A DNA stretch of 64,000 nt from Malacoraja senta (Eukaryota), in assembly GCA_038087875.1 (NCBI GenBank), contig CM075991.1, forward strand, positions 12,402,001-12,466,000, given 5' to 3'. A model generated the notes under the pieces. It had not been told where the DNA came from. It did not search any database and was given only the letters and a program-made list of their open reading frames with translations. Made by a program: the position numbers and the translations under genes. The stretch's first letter is position 1. Each line of letters begins with the position of its first letter. Of this stretch, positions 29,801 to 40,024 are shown piece after piece.

Positions 29801-32800
29801 TCTATCTTCGGTTTAAACCGGCATCTGCAGTTCCTTGCTACATGGAGGGAAGATCAGTCACCGTCCCAGCCACTACACTGCCAATGAGTTCAGAGCCACA
29901 CTCCAGTGGCTACGATGAGAACACATTGATTTCTGATATGTTTCCATCTCTCTGCATCCTTGCCTTCTCGAATTTCACTTACAATTCAGACATGCTATTT
30001 TTAATCTACCTTTTACTGTAAATAGAACAACTCTGCAACAAAGAAGTCTCTTCTGTAAGCTTGTCGATCGTTGTGCTGTAAATAACGCAGAAACCCGATC
30101 TGAGTCTACGTGGGTCCAGGAGAGACCAGTGAGGGAACGCTGGTGACAGTGCCATCGACTGACTGATTCAAAGAGACAGCATGGAAACAGGCCCTTCGGC
30201 CCACCCACCCACCCAGCCACCCAGCAGCTGTGAGATTGTGATCTGTTTTGGGCCCCGTATCTGAGGAGGGATGAGCTGGTTTTGGAGGGCAGGTTTACGA
30301 GAGATGATTGAGTTAATGTGTGATGAGCGTTTGATGGCTCTAAGCCGGTAGTCACTGGAGTTTAGAAAGATGAGAGGGGATCTGATTGAAACTTACCGAA
30401 TAGTGAAAGGCCTGGATAGAGTGGATGTGGAGAGGATGATTCCACCAATGGGAGAGTCTAGAACCAGAGGGTGCAGCCCCAGAATTAAAGGACGTACTCC
30501 TGGAAAGGAGATGAGGAGGGATTTCTTTAGTCAGAGGATGGTGAATCTGTGGAATTCGTTGCCACAGACGGCTGTGGAGGTTATTTTTGGTTATTTTTAA
30601 AGCGGAGTTTTCTTGATTAGGTTCTTGATTGGACAGGGTGTCAAAGGTTAATGGGAGAAGGCAGGAGAATGGGGTTTAGAGGGAAAGATAGATCAGCCAT
30701 GATCAAATGGTGGGCTGAATGGCCTGATTCTGCTCCTGTATCTTGTAGTCTTATGATTGGGGAGGTGTGTTTAAAAATTGAGTAAGTTATGAACTTATGA
30801 ACAATAACTTAGTACAAGTACATAGTTTCCTAAAAGTAATGTCACGGGCGGCCAGGGTGGTGGAAAAGGCTATTGGCACAACTGCCTTTGTCAGTCTGGG
30901 CTTTGAGTTTAGAAGTTGCGACATTATGCTGCAGTTTTACAAGATGTCGGTGAGGCCACATTTGGAGTATTGTGTTCAGTTTTGGACACCCGGCGTTAAG
31001 CTGGAAAGATGAAGAGGACACTGCCTATGGTGCTGCCGGGACTCGAGGGTTCCAGGGGGAGGTTGAGTAGGCTGGGACTTTATTCTATGGAGCGCAGGAG
31101 GATGAGGGGTGATCTTATAGAGGTGTATAAAATCATGAGCGGAATAGATCGGGTAGATGCACAGAGTCTCTTGCTCAGAGTAGGGGAATCGAGGACCAGA
31201 GGACATGGGTTTAAGGTGAAGGGGGAAATATTTAATAGGAAGATGAGGAGCAACTTTTTTCACACAGAGGGTGCTGGGTTTTTGGAACGAGCTGCCGGAG
31301 GAGGTAGTTGAGGCTGGGACAATACAACATTTAAAACACACTGGGTCAGGGATAGGAAAGGATAGGTTTAGAAGGATATGGGCCAATCACAGGCAAATGG
31401 GACTAGCTTAGATGGGGCATGTTGGTCGGCATGGACTGGTTGGGCTGAAGGGCCTGTTTCTGTGCTGTAAGACTCTATAGTGGAGTAATGGCAGGGTGAG
31501 GATAGTGTTGTTACAGGTGTGTATGGGTCGGGGTGTATGGGGATAGCAGTGGGTAAGGTTAGGGTTGTGTGGTTTAGGGATAAGCAGGCCCTTCGGCCCA
31601 ACTTGCCCATGTTGACCAACATGCCCCATCCACACTAGTCCCACCTGCCTGCATTATCCCTCTAAACCTATCCTATCCATATACCTCTCGTAACGTTTCC
31701 TAAATGTTGTGATAGTCCCAGCCTCAACTACCTCCTCCGGCAGCTCGTTCCATACTCCCACCACCCTCTGTGTTAAAAGGGTTCCCCTCAGGTTCCTATT
31801 AAACCATTCCCCCCTCACCTTAAACCCATGGCCTCCGGTTCTCAATTCTCCCACTGGGCAAGAGACTCTGTGCATCTGTCTACCCGATCTATTCCGCTCA
31901 TGGCCTTATACACCTCTATAAGATCACCCCTCATCCTCTGGTGCTCCAAGGAATAGAGTCCTAGCCTGCCCCAACCTTCTCTGCACCTTGCCCAGCTGAA
32001 CAACATGGACGGGTTTGGGGTACCACACACACAGGCTAGGGTAACAGTGGTGTAGAATAGGGTCGGATTAAGAAGGGTCTCGACCCAAAACGTCCCAGAG
32101 AGTGGTGAGTCTGTGGAATTCTCTGCCTCAGAGGGCGGTGGAGGCAGGTTCTCTGGATGCTTTCAAGAGAGAGCTAGATAAGGCTCTTAAAAATAGCAGA
32201 GTCAGGGGATATGGGGAGAAGGCAGGAACGGGGTACTGATTGGGGATGATCAGCCATGATCACATTGAATGGCGGTGCTGGCTCGAAGGGCCGAATGGCC
32301 TACTCCTGCACCTATTGTCTATTGTCACCCATTCCTTTCCACCACAGATGCTACCTGACCCGCTGAGTTACTCCAGCATTTTATGGCCATCTTGGGTTTA
32401 AACCAGCACCTGCAGTTCCTTCCTACACAGCATAAGGAGAGGTTGGGGCAGGATAGGAGTTATACCTTGGAGCGCAGGAGGATGAGGGGTGATCTTGTAG
32501 AGGTGTATAAGATCATGAGGGGATTGGGTTAGAGTTCCTTCGTCTCTCTTGATCTCTCGTTTTCACACCTTACCCTTCCTTATCTCTGTGTCTCCCTCTC
32601 CCCTGACTCCCAGACTGAAGAAACGTCATCCATTCCTTCCCTCCACAGATGCTGCCTGACCCGCTGAGTTACCCTAGCATTTCGTGTGTCTATCTTTAGA
32701 GTAGGCGTCGGCTCAGGGGAGCGACCATTCGGTCCAGTTGATCCTACTAGCCCGCCATGGGGTAACGGCAGGAACGCCCGACCCTGCCTTGCCCCGTCCA

Positions 32801-34166
32801 GCGCTCCCTGGACGTCCCAGCCACTGCCCCGCCTGGGAGTCCGGCCCTGGGACACACACACATCTGCACTTGCCCCGCCCGCCCCAACACCACAGCTGGA
32901 TCCCCCTGAACTGTGCCCACTCTCGCCCGGCCGAGGGTTCGGGTCCCGCAGCCCCGGACTAGACGGGACCCCCCCCGCCCCTCTCCCCCCACAAACAACT
33001 GTCCGCACTGCCCTGCAAGTGTGTGTGTGTGTATGTGTGCGTGGGGGGAGGGGGAGAAAAGGCGACCCTTCGGCCCGCCGCGCCTGTACTAATAAACAGC
33101 GGACCTCGCAGATCTCTCTCTCACCCCACTGTGAATGTGGGAGCGTCCCTGCGCTCAGACTGAGTTCCAGATCCTCCCCTCTCTGCTCCCTCTCCATCTC
33201 CCCTCTCTCCTCCCTCTCCATCTCCCCTCTCTGCTCCCTCTCCATCTCCCCTCTCTCCTCCCTCTCCATCTCCCCTCTCTCCTCCCTCTCCATCTCCCCT
33301 CTCTCCTCCCTCTCCCCTTTCTCTCCTCTCTCCCCCCCTCTCTCCCCATCCTCTCCAACTCCCCTCTCTCCTCTCTCTCCCCTCTCTTCCTTCTCTCTCC
33401 CCTCTCTCCTCTTCCTCCCTTCTCTTCCCCCCACTCCCTCTCCCTCCCTCTCCCTCTCCCCCCTCTCTCCATCTCTCCCCCCAGCATAAACCTCCCATGA
33501 TGACATGAATCAGCGTCTATGCCCGCCTCCTCACCTGAACCTCCCCGCGATCTCTCTAAAACTCTTTCCCGCAGCCAGAGAGGGAAGGGGGGGGGGGGGG
33601 TGTAGCTGAGTCATAGCACGAGAGGTCTGGATGCGGGCCGAAGGGTCTGACTGCCCTTGCAGTTCCATTGCTAAGGAACAAGCGTGGAAGTGAACCTTGG
33701 TCTGCCCTGTGCCCTGTGCCCTGTGCCCCAGCCACTGCAGTACAACTCCTACCCCTGCCACTACCCCTGCCCCTGTCCCTTGCCCCTGCCCCTGTCCCTG
33801 CCTTGCCCCTGCCCCTGTCCCTTGCCCCTGTCCCTTGCCCCTGTCCCTTGCCCTGCCCCTGTCCCTGCCCTGCCCCTGCCCCTGTCCCTTGCCCCCTGCC
33901 CCTGTCCCTGCCCCTGCCCCTGCCCCTGCCCCTGCCCCTGCCCCTGCCACTACCCCTGCCACTACCCCTGCCCCTGCCCCTTGCCCCCTGCCCCTGCCCC
34001 TGCCCCTGCCACTACCCCTGCCACTACCCCTGCCCCTGCCCCTGCCCCTGCCCCTTGCCCCTGCCCCTGCCTTCCTACCTTCCATGGACATGGGCTCCAA
34101 GATGCCGAACTGCCGCAGAACTCCGATGAACAAGACGATGACCACGGCCACTGCTATTAACTCCAT
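11772..34166 (-). CDS. KCNIP3: Kv channel-interacting protein 3 (KChIP3/calsenilin/DREAM), KChIP3x-type isoform, 8 coding exons, about 225 aa after repairing exon 3
   Basis: join(34166-34079,24406-24282,18404-18337,17660-17590,16943-16836,15082-14978,13759-13697,11819-11772), all GT-AG. EF-hand loops [40 protein letters not shown] motif. KCNIP3-like features as recalled: QFGILEPx[25 protein letters not shown]. Confidence 0.93.
12795..13580 (+). mobile_element. L2-clade LINE 3' end fragments interleaved with CR1 pieces
   Basis: [36 protein letters not shown]; tails TGTAAAGCACTTTG...AATAAAAGT(GACTT)n and ...AATAAAATG(ATT)n. Confidence 0.75.
13697..13759 (-). CDS. KCNIP3: KCNIP3 exon 7 (EF4) [21 protein letters not shown]
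   Basis: 63 nt, cctcag / gtgagg. Confidence 0.96.
14978..15082 (-). CDS. KCNIP3: KCNIP3 exon 6 [35 protein letters not shown]
   Basis: 105 nt, ttgcag / gtatga; not in the ORF track. Confidence 0.96.
15622..15845. mobile_element. Fold-back (inverted) Penelope terminal-repeat pair, representative of many
   Basis: AGGTAGACAAAAATGCTGGAG...GGCAACGTTTC followed by its reverse complement; similar pairs at about 12118-12325, 14002-14152, 23095-23355, 51325-51525, 53445-53677. Confidence 0.8.
16836..16943 (-). CDS. KCNIP3: KCNIP3 exon 5 (EF3) [36 protein letters not shown]
   Basis: 108 nt, ctctcag / gtaggg. Confidence 0.97.
17590..17660 (-). CDS. KCNIP3: KCNIP3 exon 4 (EF2) (D)[23 protein letters not shown]
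   Basis: 71 nt, ttgcag / gtgaaa. Confidence 0.96.
17710..18170 (+). mobile_element. CR1/HER1 LINE 3' fragment
   Basis: [16 protein letters not shown]...[13 protein letters not shown]; tail GGCCGAATGGCCTAATTCTGCTCC. Confidence 0.9.
18337..18404 (-). CDS. KCNIP3: KCNIP3 exon 3 (EF1) [17 protein letters not shown][QFFPQG], 2 nt short as assembled
   Basis: tttccag / gtaaga; 68 nt, but the flanking exon phases (0 in, 1 out) require 70. Confidence 0.93.
19417..19697 (+). mobile_element. Single LTR (263 bp, probably Gypsy-type) plus tRNA-Leu primer-binding site
   Basis: TGTATG...CATACA inverted ends (19417-19679), AATAAA at 19626-19631, then TGGTGTCAGAAGTGGGAT (19680-19697), complementary to the tRNA-Leu 3' end. 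Confidence 0.82.
20070..20514 (+). mobile_element. 5'-truncated L1-clade insertion with poly(A) and 16-bp TSD inside a CR1 fragment
   Basis: AGAACGGGTGTCAAAG at 20054-20069 and 20515-20530; ORF end [18 protein letters not shown]-rich 3'UTR, AATAAA plus A tail; target TT/AGAA. Confidence 0.82.
21029..22109. repeat. 40-bp minisatellite, about 27 copies, derived from CR1 ORF2 3' end
   Basis: Unit ATAGTCCCTGCCTCAACTACCTCCTCTGGCAGCTTGTTCC; its reverse complement matches the CR1 copy at about 47161-47200 ([13 protein letters not shown]). Confidence 0.96.
22322..22558 (+). repeat. 66-bp Penelope-derived tandem array (about 3.5 units)
   Basis: Same unit as 10017-10230. Confidence 0.9.
23559..24168 (+). 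mobile_element. Composite element: 66-bp units + fold-back core + 66-bp units
   Basis: Core GTTCCGGCAGCATCTATGGAGCGAAGG...GGGTTTCGGCCCGAAAGGTTGCCCATTTCCTTCGCTCCACAG shared with 46367-46913, 55560-55965(-) and 59350-59657. Confidence 0.8.
24282..24406 (-). CDS. KCNIP3: KCNIP3 first core exon (D)[41 protein letters not shown]
   Basis: 125 nt, ccctgcag / gtgcgt. Confidence 0.96.
24691..25021. mobile_element. MITE with about 45-bp imperfect TIRs (PIF/Harbinger-like), nested in an HE1 SINE
   Basis: AGCCCTGTCCCACGGTACCAGTTCATTCCAAGA...TCTTGGAATGAACTCGTACCGTGGGACAGGGGT; TAA/TTA flanks; SINE continues on both sides (about 24484-24690, 25022-25053). Confidence 0.82.
26429..26745 (+). mobile_element. 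Full-length HE1-type V-SINE (representative; 15 or more copies in the window)
   Basis: A/B-box head GGTGGCGCAGCGGTAGAG...GGGTTCCATCC, V-domain, tail GCCTGTTTCTGCGC(TGTATC)n. Others at about 19127, 25175, 27015(-), 41298, 44400(-), 48590(-), 50716, 58726(-), 60689, 61272. Confidence 0.88.
28091..28513. repeat. Long inverted repeat (about 135-bp arms)
   Basis: 28091-~28225 is the near-perfect reverse complement of ~28380-28513. Confidence 0.9.
30225..32325. mobile_element. Cluster of CR1/HER1 LINE 3' fragments in both orientations
   Basis: Repeated [25 protein letters not shown] peptides (ORFs 30370, 30797, 31009, 31654, 31842). Confidence 0.88.
33170..33482. repeat. Polypyrimidine tract with 24-bp units
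   Basis: CTCCCCTCTCTCCTCCCTCTCCAT about 5 times, then degenerate CT. Confidence 0.9.
33700..34071. repeat. (CCCCTG)n hexamer-type array; (GGGGCA)n on the transcribed strand
   Basis: Begins a few nt after the exon-1 donor. Confidence 0.93.
34079..34166 (-). CDS. KCNIP3: KCNIP3 alternative first exon (KChIP3x/KISD type) [29 protein letters not shown]
   Basis: 88 nt, phase-1 donor GAAG/gtagga; closely resembles the recalled mammalian KChIP3x MELCAMAVVVLLFIAVLKQFGILEPISME. Confidence 0.93.
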
Positions 34167-34511
34167 GGTGCAGCCAGCGCCGAGATCCAGCTGTGTAGTT
34201 GGAGACTGTCAGAGGAGAGCAGAGAGAGACGGGCCGAGAGGCTGCCACTGCCTGTACACGGGCTGGCTCTGTCCCACGAGGGGAGGGAGCTGTGTGGCCG
34301 GGTCAGTCACTGCCATACTTCCTGATCCTCCTGCATTGATCTTGGTAATGGAATTACCATGGCGACCTGAAGGATATCCAGCGGCTGAGATCAGCCCGGC
34401 CCGGCCCGGCCCGAGGTCGCTCCTCCTCTCAGCTGCCAACTTCACTCACTTTCACTCTGGTGGCCCCTGGGGCGGTGATTAGTGGCTTTAACTGGAGCCT
34501 TTCCCACAGCG

Positions 34512-34512
<1 letters not shown>

Positions 34513-34551
<39 letters not shown>

Positions 34552-34692
34552 ACACACACACACACACACACACAGAGACACACACACACACACACACACA
34601 GACAGACACATACACAGACACACACACACACACACACAGACAGACACACACACACACAGAGACACACACAGACAGACACAGACACAGACACA

Positions 34693-34753
<61 letters not shown>

Positions 34754-34754
34754 A

Positions 34755-34845
<91 letters not shown>

Positions 34846-34858
34846 ACACACAGACACA

Positions 34859-34907
<49 letters not shown>

Positions 34908-34971
34908 ACACACACACACACTCACACACAGATACACACACTCACATACACAGACGTACACGCACTCACAC
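34513..34971. repeat. Degenerate (CA)n tract just upstream of the KChIP3x first exon
   Basis: About 460 bp of CA/GA. Confidence 0.95.
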
Positions 34972-37216
34972 GTGGACAATAAATACAGCCACACACAAAT
35001 AGCCAAGTACATGTTGTCTATGGAGTAGGAGATTGAGGGGGGATCTTATAGAAACGTACAAAATTCTTATGGGGTTGGACAGGCTAGATGCAGGAAGATT
35101 GTTCCCGATGTTGGGGAAGTCCAGGACAAGGGGTCACAGCTTAAGGATAAGGGGAAATCCTTTAAGACCGAGATGAGGAAAAACGTTTTCACACAGAGAG
35201 TGGTGAATCTCTGGAACTCTCTGCCACAGAGGGTAGTTGAGGCCAGTTCATTGGCTATATTTAAGAGGGAGTTAGATGTGGCCCTTGTGGCTAAAGGGAT
35301 CAGGGGGTATGGAGAGAAGGCAGGTACGGGATACTGAGTTGGATGATCAGCCATGATCATATCGAATGGCGGTGCAGGCTCGAAGGGCCGAATGGCCTAC
35401 TCCTGCACCTATTGTCTATGTATCTATGTATCTATGAAACGTTGACACACACATACACACACACACAGGCGCTGTGGGTTGCAGAGACAGAGAGACCATC
35501 CATAGAGGCAACTAAAAACATTTTTAAAAAGGTTCCAAACATGAAGCTGCCTGACCCTCGGAGTTGCTCCAGCACTTTGTATCTTTTTGAGTAAACCAGC
35601 ATCTGCAGTTCCTTGTTTCTACAGAAAACATTAAAAACTGGTGAATGCTTAGCTGGGACTTTTGGTGGGTGGATGAGGTGACTATTTAGTGTCTAAGTCA
35701 GTGCCATTCCACTGTGAAATCCCCACCAGCCATGTGTGGTAATCCTAATGCTGCTGACTCAGCGGTCTTCCACTGTTAGAAGCCGTCTCCAACACAATCC
35801 AGTTCCCTCACTTGTAACGGCATCACCTTAAACAAGGGTTCCCAACCTGGGGTAAATTTACCCCCAAGGGTAACAGATGAACAGATACCGGGGATACCAG
35901 AACCAAACACAGTCAGCCAATGAGAAAAACTATGTACAAATCCAGAATCAACAAATGTAACCCCTGGGTAGGTGAAATGTACCCGGTGTGGGCAAGTTGG
36001 GCTGAAGGGCCTGTTTCCACAATGTTTCACTCTATAACACTATGAGTGATGGGCAGGCTGGGTTTGTTTCCCAGAAGTGAAGGAGACTGAGGGGTGCTGG
36101 ATAGAACTATGATCACAATCTCTGTCCCATAGTTGGACAATAGACAATAGACAATAGGTACAGGAGGAGGCCATTCAGCCCTTCGAGCCAGCACCGCCAT
36201 TCAATGTGATCATGGCTGATCATCCCCAATCAGTACCCCGTTCCTGCCTTCTCCTCATATCCTCTGACTCTGCTATCTTTAAGAGCCCTATCTAGCTCTC
36301 TCTTGAAAGCATCCAGAGAAACCGCCTCCACCGCCCTCTGAGGCAGAGAATTCCATAGACAAAAGTATCATAAACTAGAGGACACAGGTTTATAGTGAGA
36401 GGAAAGAATTTTAAAGTAGATCTGAAGTGTATTTCTTTTACCCAGAGAGTGGTTGAGTGGTTGGAGCATATTCCCAAAGGAGGCGGTGGAATTAGATGCA
36501 ATCTCTATCTTTAAGCAACATTTAGAAAGTTGCTTAAATTGTTTTTAGTTTAATTTAGTTTAATTTATTGTCACGTGTACCGAGGTACAGTGAAAAGCTT
36601 TTGTTGCGTGCTAACCAGTCAGCGGAAAGACAATACATGATTACAATCGAGCCGTCCACAGTGTATAGAAACTAAGAAATGCCACTGTTGGAGTGGAGAT
36701 TTAGGAGTGGAGTGTTTGTAATATATGATTGCAGATCCACTTCTGTCATATGTATTTATTATCGTGTATAGAGTTACAGTGAAATGCTTCTTCTGCATGC
36801 TATCCAGTCAAATCATGTGATAGGAGCAGAATTAGGCCATTCGGCCCATCGCGTCTACTCCACCATTCAATTATGGCTGATCTATCTTTCCCTCTCAACC
36901 CCATTCTCCTGCCTTCTCCCTGTAACCCTTTGATGCCCGTACTAATCAAGAATCTGTCTGAAGAAGGGTTTTGGCCCGAAACTTTGCCTATTTCCTTCGC
37001 TCCATAGATGTTGCTGCATCCGCTGGGTTTCCCCAGCAATTTTGTCTACCTAAGAATCTGTCATTCTCAGCTTTAAGAATACACATTGACTTGGCCTCCA
37101 CAGTCATCTGTGGCAATGAATTCTACAGATTCACCACCCTCTGGCTGAAATCATATTCCCTGATCCTCACCCTAATGCTGCCCAGAGTACTTGTGGGAAC
37201 GGAGTTGTTGAACTGA

Positions 37217-37757
37217 GGGTAGGTAGGAGGTAGGTAGGTAGGTAGGTAGGAGGTAGGAGGTAGGTTGGAGATAGGGAGAAGGTAGGTAGGTAGGTAGGTA
37301 GGTAGGTTGGAGGGAGGTAGGTAGGTAGGTAGGTAGGTAGGTAGGTAGGTAGGTAGGTAGGTAGGTAGGTAGGTAGGAGGAAGAGTAGGTAGATAGGTAG
37401 GTAGGTAGGAGGTAGGTNNNNNNNNNNNNNNNNNNNNNNNNNNNNNNNNNNNNNNNNNNNNNNNNNNNNNNNNNNNNNNNNNNNNNNNNNNNNNNNNNNN
37501 NNNNNNNNNNNNNNNNNNNNNNNNNNNNNNNNNNNNNNNNNNNNNNNNNNNNNNNNNNNNNNNNNNNNNNNNNNNNNNNNNNNNNNNNNNNNNNNNNNNN
37601 NNNNNNNNNNNNNNNNNTAGGTAGGTAGGTTGGTAGGTTGGAGGTAGGTAGGTAGGTTGGTAGGTTGGAGGTAGGTAGGAGATAGGAGGGTAGGAGGTAG
37701 GTTGGAGGTAGGTAGGTAGGTAGGTAGGGAGTAGGTAGGTAGATAGGAGGTAGGTAG
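37217..37757. repeat. (GGTA)n tetranucleotide array spanning assembly gap 37418-37617
   Basis: Same repeat on both sides of 200 N. Confidence 0.95.
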
Positions 37758-38477
37758 AAGGGAAGAGCTGCCCTCAGCAGAGCCTCATAGGCTGAGCTCA
37801 GCAAGGCCAGCTGTGTGGGTCTTTGCTCCCATTAAATGTGGTCAATACATCGTTACCTTGACTAATGCAGAATTTGCTAAAACCTATTGATCCAGCAATG
37901 TTTAATATTTTAGAATAAAGTCCTTACTGAATGCAACTGTCATAATGAGTATGTAGAACTTTAAAAGGCAATTATTCGGACAGTGCTGAGTGCGGGGATA
38001 TTTCAATGCTCGTTAGGTGACCTCAGGTGCCTGGGGCTGCGATTTAATAAAGGCTCCGATTTATAGCTTTTTAACTGTTCATTTCTATAAAATGTTAGAC
38101 TTGAATTTAGATCTATTGTGAATCTCTATGGAACATCATTAATAGCAGAGGGGGAATGCCGGGATGGTTTTACACAAGTGGTAACAGGGCACTTGGTAAA
38201 GAATAGTTGGGGTAGGTAGAGTCAGCGTGGTGTTACTGAAGGGACTGCATCGTTTATCTTGGGCACTTGGTAAAGAAACAGCAACGCATCCATTCTGACC
38301 AAGATGCCCCATCGTAGCTGGCCCCATTTGTCCCTGTTTGACCCATAGATGCCACAGAAAAGATCATTAAATAAATTTAGCACGCACTATACTGGTATTG
38401 CATGTCAGACTCATAGAAGCGCGCAGCATAGAAACAGGCCCTTCGGCCCAACCCATCCATTCTGACCAAGATGCCCC

Positions 38478-38951
38478 CACTTTAATTCTCCTTCCCATTC
38501 AGACCTTTCTGTCCTCGGTCTCCTCCATTGTCAGAGTGAGGCTAAACGCAAATTGGAGGAACAGCATCTCATATTTCGCTTGAGCAGCTTACAGCCCAGT
38601 GGTATGAATATCGATCTCTCTCACTTCAGGTAGCCCCGGCATTCCCTCTCTCTCTATCCCTCCCCCACCCAAGTTGCACCAGCTTCTCATTCTCACCCAA
38701 CAAACAGCTTACAATGGCCAGTTTCCTTTCTCATCGTGACTTTTTTGCATATCTTTCATTCATTGTTCTTTATCTCTCCACATCACCGTCTAGATCTCTC
38801 GTTTCCCTTATCCCTAACCAGTCTGAAGAAGGGTCTCGACACGAAACGTCACCCATTCCTTCTCTCCAGAGATGCAGCCTGTCCCGCTGAGTTACTCCAG
38901 CATTTTGTGTCTATCTTCGGTTTAAACCAGCATCTGCAGTTGCTTCTTACA
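38478..38951 (+). mobile_element. Penelope-like element 3' end: GIY-YIG C-terminus + 3'UTR with hammerhead-like motif
   Basis: 38478-38633 translates HFNSPSHSDLSVLGLLHCQSEAKRKLEEQHLIFRLSSLQPSGMNIDLSHFR* (PLE endonuclease E...I..L....P.G.N pattern); CTGAAGA...GAAACGTC at 38823-38850. Confidence 0.85.
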
Positions 38952-39529
38952 TGCCCCATTTAAGCTGGTCCCATTGGCTAATAGATACCACCGAAAAGAA
39001 CATTGAACAGCTCCATAGATGCTGCCTTACCCGCTAAGTTAGTCCCTTTTGCCTGTTTTTGACCCATATCTCCCTAAACCTTTCCTACCCAAGTATCTGT
39101 GCAAATGTATTTTTAATATTATTATAGTTCCCGCCTCACTCCCCTACCCTAGTTCTCCAGCTCACAGCCAGATTAATATTACTGATGGGACGCCTCCTTG
39201 TCACCTTCCCGGCAGCCAACAGTGAACCATTCTACATCCCCTTTGATCTCTCGTTTTCACACCTTACCCTTTCATATCTCTGTCTCCCTCTCTCCCCTGA
39301 TTCCCAGTCTGAAGAAGGGTCTCGACACAAAACGTCACCCATTCATTCTCTCCAGAGATGCTGCCTGTCCCGCTGAGTTACTCCAGCATTTTGTGTCTAT
39401 CTTCTGTTCATTGTTGTGCCCTGGCTAAATAGACCACACCATTTACTGTGGGGACCTATCACATAGGCAGCACAGACACTGTGGGCCGAAGGGCCTGTTC
39501 TTGTGCTGTACTGTTCTATAATCAATGAT

Positions 39530-40024
39530 ACATAGATACATAGATACATAGAAAATAGGTGCAGGAGTAGGCCATTCGGCCCTTCGAGCCTGCACCGCCA
39601 TTCAATATGATCATGGCTGATCATCCAACTCAGTATCCCGTACCTGCCTTCTCTCCATACCCCCTGATCCCTTTAGCCACAAGGGCCACATCTAACTCCC
39701 TCTTAAATATAGCCAATGAACTGGCCTCAACTACCCTCTGTGGCAGAGAGTTCCAGAAATTCACCACTCTCTGTGGGAAAAAGTTTTTACTCATCTCGGT
39801 CTTAAAGGATTTCCCCCTTATCCTTAAGCTGTGACCCCTTGTCCTGGACTTCCCCAACATCGGGAACAATCTTCCTGCATCTAGCCTGTCCAATCCCATA
39901 AGAATTTTGTACGTTTCTATAAGATCCCCTCTCAATCTCCTAAATTCTAGCGAGTATAAGCCAAGTCTATCCAGTCTTTCTTCATATGAAAGTCCTGACA
40001 TCCCAGGAATCAGTCTGGTGAACC
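39530..40024 (-). mobile_element. CR1/HER1 LINE 3' fragment
   Basis: ORF 39630-40001; (CTATGTAT)n tail. Confidence 0.92.

Larger units (their letters stand above)
32700..34500. promoter_or_regulatory. GC/CpG-enriched region around the KChIP3x first exon (likely alternative promoter and intron 1 start)
   Basis: TE-free, CpG-containing blocks at 32700-33160 and 34080-34510, GC boxes, (CCCGG)n, strong Kozak cacc-ATG-G at 34166. Confidence 0.6.

Noticed and set aside
32580..33506. Glu/Arg-rich 308-aa ORF and overlapping ORFs
   Set aside because: Products of the purine/pyrimidine tract.
33531..34166. 211-aa ORF with an RG/AG-rich tail
   Set aside because: Only the first 29 codons are exonic; the rest is read-through into the intronic hexamer repeat.
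11772..34166. KCNIP3 as a pseudogene
   Set aside because: Only lesion is homopolymer shortening; the same error type hits the neighbouring gene; splice sites and EF hands are intact.
37172..37804. ORFs spanning N gaps (also 58459-58795)
   Set aside because: Artefacts of untranslatable N and simple repeats.
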